Notes under the pieces: generated by a model
Seen by the model: only the letters and a program-made list of their open reading frames with translations
Databases searched by the model: none
What the model was told of the DNA's origin: nothing
Position numbers and translations under genes: made by a program
Origin: Gammaproteobacteria bacterium
GTDB taxonomy: Bacteria > Pseudomonadota > Gammaproteobacteria > Eutrophobiales > Eutrophobiaceae
DNA length: 64,000 nucleotides
Assembly: GCA_965243205.1 (NCBI GenBank)
Contig: CBDEUK010000001.1
Span: 224,001 to 288,000 of the forward strand
Direction of reading: 5' to 3'
Shown here: piece by piece, positions 59,519-64,000 of the stretch
Layout of the letters: every line of letters starts with the position of its first letter
How positions within the stretch are numbered: the stretch's first letter is position 1

Positions 59519-59569
59519 TTTGTTATTCCTAATTTACTAATACAGCAAACAATGCACTTATCAGACCAA

Positions 59570-59968
59570 TCAGACTTTTGCATCCATTAAAAGACCTGCA
59601 TGTTGATCGATCATTTGCGCCATCTCAACAACTTCTTCTGATGGAATTTGTCGAATAACTTCATCTGTTTCACTATCAATTACTTTAATAATCGTTTTTC
59701 CACTTTTATCATCTACGCTGAAGTTCAACTCTCTGTTGAAACCTTCGACTATAGTACTGAGTTCTTGAACGGTCATATCTAACTGTTCTTGCCCTATTAG
59801 AGGGGAAGCTGTGGAAGACTTTTCCTTATCCTGAGACTGCAATTTTTGCCGTTCATCGACAGATTCTGCAGACGTAGTTTTAACTACTCCAATATTATTT
59901 TTATCACGAAGGACTTCTGTTGAACCCGCACTGTTTTGTCGTAGCTGAGTGATCATTTCAGTCGCCAT
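59570..59968 (-). CDS. flaG: FlaG protein
   Basis: LNFSVD..SG..IIKVID.ET.EVIRQIPSEE. Confidence 0.92.
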   Translation of the reverse strand: MATEMITQLRQNSAGSTEVLRDKNNIGVVKTTSAESVDERQKLQSQDKEKSSTASPLIGQEQLDMTVQELSTIVEGFNRELNFSVDDKSGKTIIKVIDSETDEVIRQIPSEEVVEMAQMIDQHAGLLMDAKV

Positions 59969-60008
59969 AACAGTTATCTCCGAATTTCTTCATTAAATAA
60001 TTAGTTAA

Positions 60009-60031
60009 CCGGTCGGGAATTACCCGACCGG
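60009..60031 (-). terminator. GC-rich hairpin after fliC (stabiliser or partial terminator)
   Basis: CCGGTCGGG-N5-CCCGACCGG; only a weak U-tract. Confidence 0.6.
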
Positions 60032-60042
60032 ATTACTATCAA

Positions 60043-61536
60043 TTACTGTAGTAAAGATAATGCCAACTGAGGTTGAGCATTAGCTTGACTAAGAATTGAA
60101 ACACCTGCTTGTTGTAGGATTTGAGTACGTGTTAACTCCGCTGTTTCAGCAGCAAAGTCAGCGTCTCGAATACGACTACGCGCAGCAGTTAGGTTTTCAG
60201 CCGTGGTGCTAAGACTGTTGATAGTACTTAAGAAACGGTTTTGAACCGCACCTAAATCACCACGAATACTGTTGATAGTTGATAGAGCTGCATCCACAAC
60301 CTGGATTGCTGTTTGTGAGCCATTTAAAGAACTCACATCGACCGAACTTAATAGTGTTTGAGTCGAACCAACTGATGTATTAGCACCAATGTTTAAGATA
60401 CTACCCGCAGTATTTGCAACACTAGAAGCAACTGAGAAACCATTGCTTGAGTTGAAAGTAACACTACCACTCACAACGGTACTGTCGTTTGCACCAGTAG
60501 TAAGTGTTTCAGGGTCAGTTGAGCTGTTTAATGTATCAACCGTGATAGTCGCGTTAGCGGTGCTATGCGTGAAGTTTTCAATGTTGATATTTTTACCATC
60601 AGCTTGAGTAAGAGTAAGTGTTCCAGCATCTACAGAAGCTGAGATACCCGTTGTACCGCTTACTTTATTAATTTCAGTTGCTAATGCAGATAAATCAGTT
60701 GTAGTAACAGCTGCAGAGATAGTTTGAGTTGAACCACCACTACCTAGTGTTAAAGTAACTGTTCCATCGTTTGATAAACCATCGATAGTAGACGTTGTAG
60801 TCGCATCGGCAGTTACACCAGTACTCGCTTCTTTAGCAGATACCGCAGCAGCAATTGTGAAAGCACTATCACCAGCAGTAACAGCAACTGTAGAGGTACC
60901 CAAGCTACCAGCAACCGTTAATGTTTGTGCAGCAATGGTATTTGCAGAAGGTAAAGTAGCTGCAGCGTTTGCAGTTGATGCAGTACCTTGATCAGCTGCA
61001 GTAGCACCAGCAGTTACAGAGTTATTTGCTAGTTTATCAGTACCTGTACCCGCTACAGAAATAGCAATGGTTTGGTTTGCGTTAGCGCCAACTTGGAAAG
61101 TTTGAGAGGTAAAAGTACCATCCAATAATTTCAAGCCGTTAAATTCAGTGGTTGTAGCAACACGGTCTAACTCTTGTTTAAGTTGGTTAACCTCAGAGTT
61201 CAACGCTGCACGGTCAGATGCTGAGTTTGTTGAGTTAGCAGATTGAATCGCCAATTCACGCATACGTTGTAAAATGTTTGTTGTTTCTTTTAACGCACTT
61301 TCAGCAGTTTGTGATAGTGAAATACCATCGTTTGCGTTTCGAACAGCTTGATTCAAACCACGAATCTGAGAAGTCATACGATCTGAAATCGCAAGACCAG
61401 CAGCATCATCTTTCGCACTGTTAATACGTAAACCTGATGATAGTCTTTCTAATGTAGTTGATAGTGCCGCACCCGAACGATTCAGGTTGTTTTGGGCATT
61501 CAACGACATAATATTACTATTAATCATTTGAGCCAT
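60043..61536 (-). CDS. fliC: Flagellin
   Basis: [37 protein letters not shown]. Confidence 0.97.
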   Translation of the reverse strand: MAQMINSNIMSLNAQNNLNRSGAALSTTLERLSSGLRINSAKDDAAGLAISDRMTSQIRGLNQAVRNANDGISLSQTAESALKETTNILQRMRELAIQSANSTNSASDRAALNSEVNQLKQELDRVATTTEFNGLKLLDGTFTSQTFQVGANANQTIAISVAGTGTDKLANNSVTAGATAADQGTASTANAAATLPSANTIAAQTLTVAGSLGTSTVAVTAGDSAFTIAAAVSAKEASTGVTADATTTSTIDGLSNDGTVTLTLGSGGSTQTISAAVTTTDLSALATEINKVSGTTGISASVDAGTLTLTQADGKNINIENFTHSTANATITVDTLNSSTDPETLTTGANDSTVVSGSVTFNSSNGFSVASSVANTAGSILNIGANTSVGSTQTLLSSVDVSSLNGSQTAIQVVDAALSTINSIRGDLGAVQNRFLSTINSLSTTAENLTAARSRIRDADFAAETAELTRTQILQQAGVSILSQANAQPQLALSLLQ

Positions 61537-61635
61537 AATTCTTACTCCGTCTAGGACTCGGAGATAATTTCTTACCGAGCCATATTAATATTTAGTGGAT
61601 ATAACGATGGTCGTTATTCACCACTTCCGAGAAAT

Positions 61636-61662
61636 TTATCGACGCCAATTGATAAAACTTTA
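61636..61662 (-). promoter_or_regulatory. Sigma28 promoter of fliC
   Basis: TAAA-N15-GTCGATAA. Confidence 0.8.
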
Positions 61663-61849
61663 ATTTAATTTATATGAACTGGTTCTCTAAGACTGTGTTT
61701 CTACTAAAGAAACCCATTTGTTGAGTTTTTTCCATGCAAATCATCTCAGAGTGCCCATCAACTTCATGAAAAACGGCCTTGCTTACGTCTGAATCTAAGG
61801 CATGGAATATGCATTTGATGCATTACTATTAATAAGTAATGTAAAAAAC

Positions 61850-62731
61850 ATGAGTAAATTCAAAGGCATTGTACTAGCTGGTGGGCAAGGTGTTCGTTTA
61901 CGACCTATGACCACAGCGGTGAATAAACATTTATTGCCGGTCTATGATAAACCGATGATTTATTACCCTATCTCAGTTCTAGCACAAGCAGGAATTCGAG
62001 AAATATTACTCATTACAACTTCTCAATCACTCGATGCTTATGAACAACTATTAGGTGATGGCAGTAAATTTGGAATGGATATCCAATACACTATACAAGA
62101 TCAACCTAATGGTGTTGCCGAAGCATTATTACTCTCTAAGAAATTTATCGGCAACGATAATATTTCTTTAATTTTAGGTGATAACTTTTTTTATGGACCA
62201 TCCGTTGCCAACCATTTAGCTCAAGCCATAGAAAATGAATCTGGCGCTACTGTATTTGCCTATCCTGTGAGTGATCCAGAACGTTTTGGTATCGTTGAAT
62301 TTGATAAACAAGGCAAAGCCATCAAGCTGCAAGAAAAACCTAAATTTCCAAATTCAAAATATGCCGTCACAGGTTTATATTTTTATGACAATAAAGCACT
62401 TGAGTATGCAGAAACGCTTTCACCATCCGCTCGTGGCGAACTTGAAATCACTGATATTAATCAACACTATCTATCAAGTGACTCTCTTAATGTGCAAATC
62501 TTCGGTGAAGACAATCTTTGGTTTGACTTGGGTACTCATGAATCGTTATTGCAAGCGGGTAATTTAGTTCGAGAGATTCAATCTCAAAATAATATTCAAA
62601 TTGGCTGTATTGAAGAAATAGCACTCTCTAAGGGCTGGATAGATAAAGAACTTTTTAAGGATCTTGCATTAAACATGTTAAACACCTCTTACGGTCGTTA
62701 TCTTAATAATATCTATACAATGGAACTGTGA
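61850..62731 (+). CDS. rmlA: Glucose-1-phosphate thymidylyltransferase
   Basis: KGIVLAGG.G.RL.P.T, LLPVYDKPMIYYP, SARGELEITD. Confidence 0.93.
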   Translation: MSKFKGIVLAGGQGVRLRPMTTAVNKHLLPVYDKPMIYYPISVLAQAGIREILLITTSQSLDAYEQLLGDGSKFGMDIQYTIQDQPNGVAEALLLSKKFIGNDNISLILGDNFFYGPSVANHLAQAIENESGATVFAYPVSDPERFGIVEFDKQGKAIKLQEKPKFPNSKYAVTGLYFYDNKALEYAETLSPSARGELEITDINQHYLSSDSLNVQIFGEDNLWFDLGTHESLLQAGNLVREIQSQNNIQIGCIEEIALSKGWIDKELFKDLALNMLNTSYGRYLNNIYTMEL

Positions 62732-62740
62732 GAAAGAATT

Positions 62741-63814
62741 ATGACGATATTAGTTACAGGTGGTGCTGGTTTTATAGGTTCTAACTTTATTCATTATTAT
62801 TTAAACAAATATAATGAGACAGTCATCAATATAGACAAGCTTAATTATGCAGGTCGACTAGATAATCTTTCTGAGATACAAAATGATGCGCGATATCATT
62901 TTTATCATTTTGATATTGCCAATCATGAAAAATTATCCGAAGTATTATCTCAACATAAGCCAACTACTATCGTACATTTTGCAGCGGAAAGCCATGTTGA
63001 TAATTCTATAAAAAAACCTTATGAGTTCGTCAGTAATAATATTTTAGGAACATTATCTTTATTGAATACTGTTTTGAGCTATTTTGAAAACCTTGATTCT
63101 GATGCCCAAAAACAGTTTAAATTAATTCACATTTCTACAGATGAAGTATTTGGTTCTTTGAATCTTGACGAACAATCGTTTACTGAAACCAGTCAATATT
63201 CGCCTAATAGTCCATACGCTGCTTCAAAAGCAGGAGCGGATCATTTATCCCGTGCCTGGAATAAAACGTTTAATTTACCAATTATCACTTCTAATTGCTC
63301 TAATAATTACGGACCAAGACAATTTCCAGAAAAATTAATACCTGTGGTTATTTCAAAAGCATTATCAGGTTTAAAAATACCAGTCTATGGTGATGGTTTA
63401 AATATAAGAGATTGGTTACATGTTGAAGATCATTGCAAAGCCATTGATATGTTAATACATCAAGGAAAAATCGGCGAGACTTATAATGTCGGTGGTAATC
63501 ATGAAATGACAAATCGTGATTTAGTCTCAATGATATGTTCAATACTCGATGAATTAATTCCATTAAAAGATAAATTATATTCAGAACAAATTGAATATGT
63601 AGAAGATCGTCGAGGCCATGATCGACGTTATAGCATTAATTCAGAAAAAATTAAGCATGAGATGGGTTGGGAACCCACTGTTGATTTTGAGAAAGGTATA
63701 AAATCGACAATTGAATGGTATTTAAATCATTCAGAATGGTTATTTAAATCACTGGATCATTCTACTGAATTAAAAACCAACTCGAGCAATCTCAAATCCA
63801 TATCAAATTTTTAA
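62741..63814 (+). CDS. rmlB: dTDP-glucose 4,6-dehydratase
   Basis: GGAGFIG, AAESHVD, HISTDEV, YAASK, CSNNYGP. Confidence 0.95.
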   Translation: MTILVTGGAGFIGSNFIHYYLNKYNETVINIDKLNYAGRLDNLSEIQNDARYHFYHFDIANHEKLSEVLSQHKPTTIVHFAAESHVDNSIKKPYEFVSNNILGTLSLLNTVLSYFENLDSDAQKQFKLIHISTDEVFGSLNLDEQSFTETSQYSPNSPYAASKAGADHLSRAWNKTFNLPIITSNCSNNYGPRQFPEKLIPVVISKALSGLKIPVYGDGLNIRDWLHVEDHCKAIDMLIHQGKIGETYNVGGNHEMTNRDLVSMICSILDELIPLKDKLYSEQIEYVEDRRGHDRRYSINSEKIKHEMGWEPTVDFEKGIKSTIEWYLNHSEWLFKSLDHSTELKTNSSNLKSISNF

Positions 63815-63815
63815 T

Positions 63816-64000
63816 ATGACTACAAAGCTTATTATTTATGGTAACGGTGATATGGCTAAAATGATGTTCCATTTTAGCAAACATGATTTTGATGTTGTTG
63901 GCTTTACTGTAGATAAACATATAAATAACCAAGAAACATTAGAAGCATTACCTGTTATCGATTTTGAATCTATTACAGAAGCGTTTGAACCGAATACGCA
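63816..64000 (+). CDS. NeuD/PglD-like sugar acyltransferase, N-terminal fragment (runs off window)
   Basis: MTTKLIIYGNGDMA...VVGFTVD...LPVIDFE; translated by hand. Confidence 0.6.
   Translation, partial: MTTKLIIYGNGDMAKMMFHFSKHDFDVVGFTVDKHINNQETLEALPVIDFESITEAFEPNT

Overview
AT-rich gammaproteobacterial chromosomal window. Most of it is a Pseudomonas/Vibrio-type polar flagellum and chemotaxis cluster on the minus strand: fliC-flaG-fliDS-fleQSR-fliEFGHIJ, fliK, and fliLMNOPQR-flhBAFG-fliA-cheYZAB-motCD-parA-cheW-cheW. The cluster is interrupted twice. One block holds icd-aceK, phaC, a DUF853 ATPase, a thioredoxin and a rhodanese. The other is a run of small accessory genes with one intact integron attC cassette and a circularly permuted ACP-like gene. 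The left 15 kb, next to tRNA-Ser(GGA), contains a cfa-type lipid-modification operon, an EamA exporter behind a probable leader-peptide attenuator, a MauG-like peroxidase/cupredoxin/cytochrome c/MCP operon with a sigma28-like promoter, an AraC-AhpD-cupin unit and a GGDEF-EAL/solute-binding pair. The right end begins a dTDP-sugar cluster divergent from fliC. The most notable non-coding signal is a ~302-bp tandem duplication downstream of fliK. Each copy looks like a complete sigma54-dependent small RNA gene, with enhancer palindrome, IHF site, -24/-12 promoter, structurally conserved ~128-nt RNA carrying an anti-SD motif, and an intrinsic terminator. All calls come from manual reading; no database searches were run.
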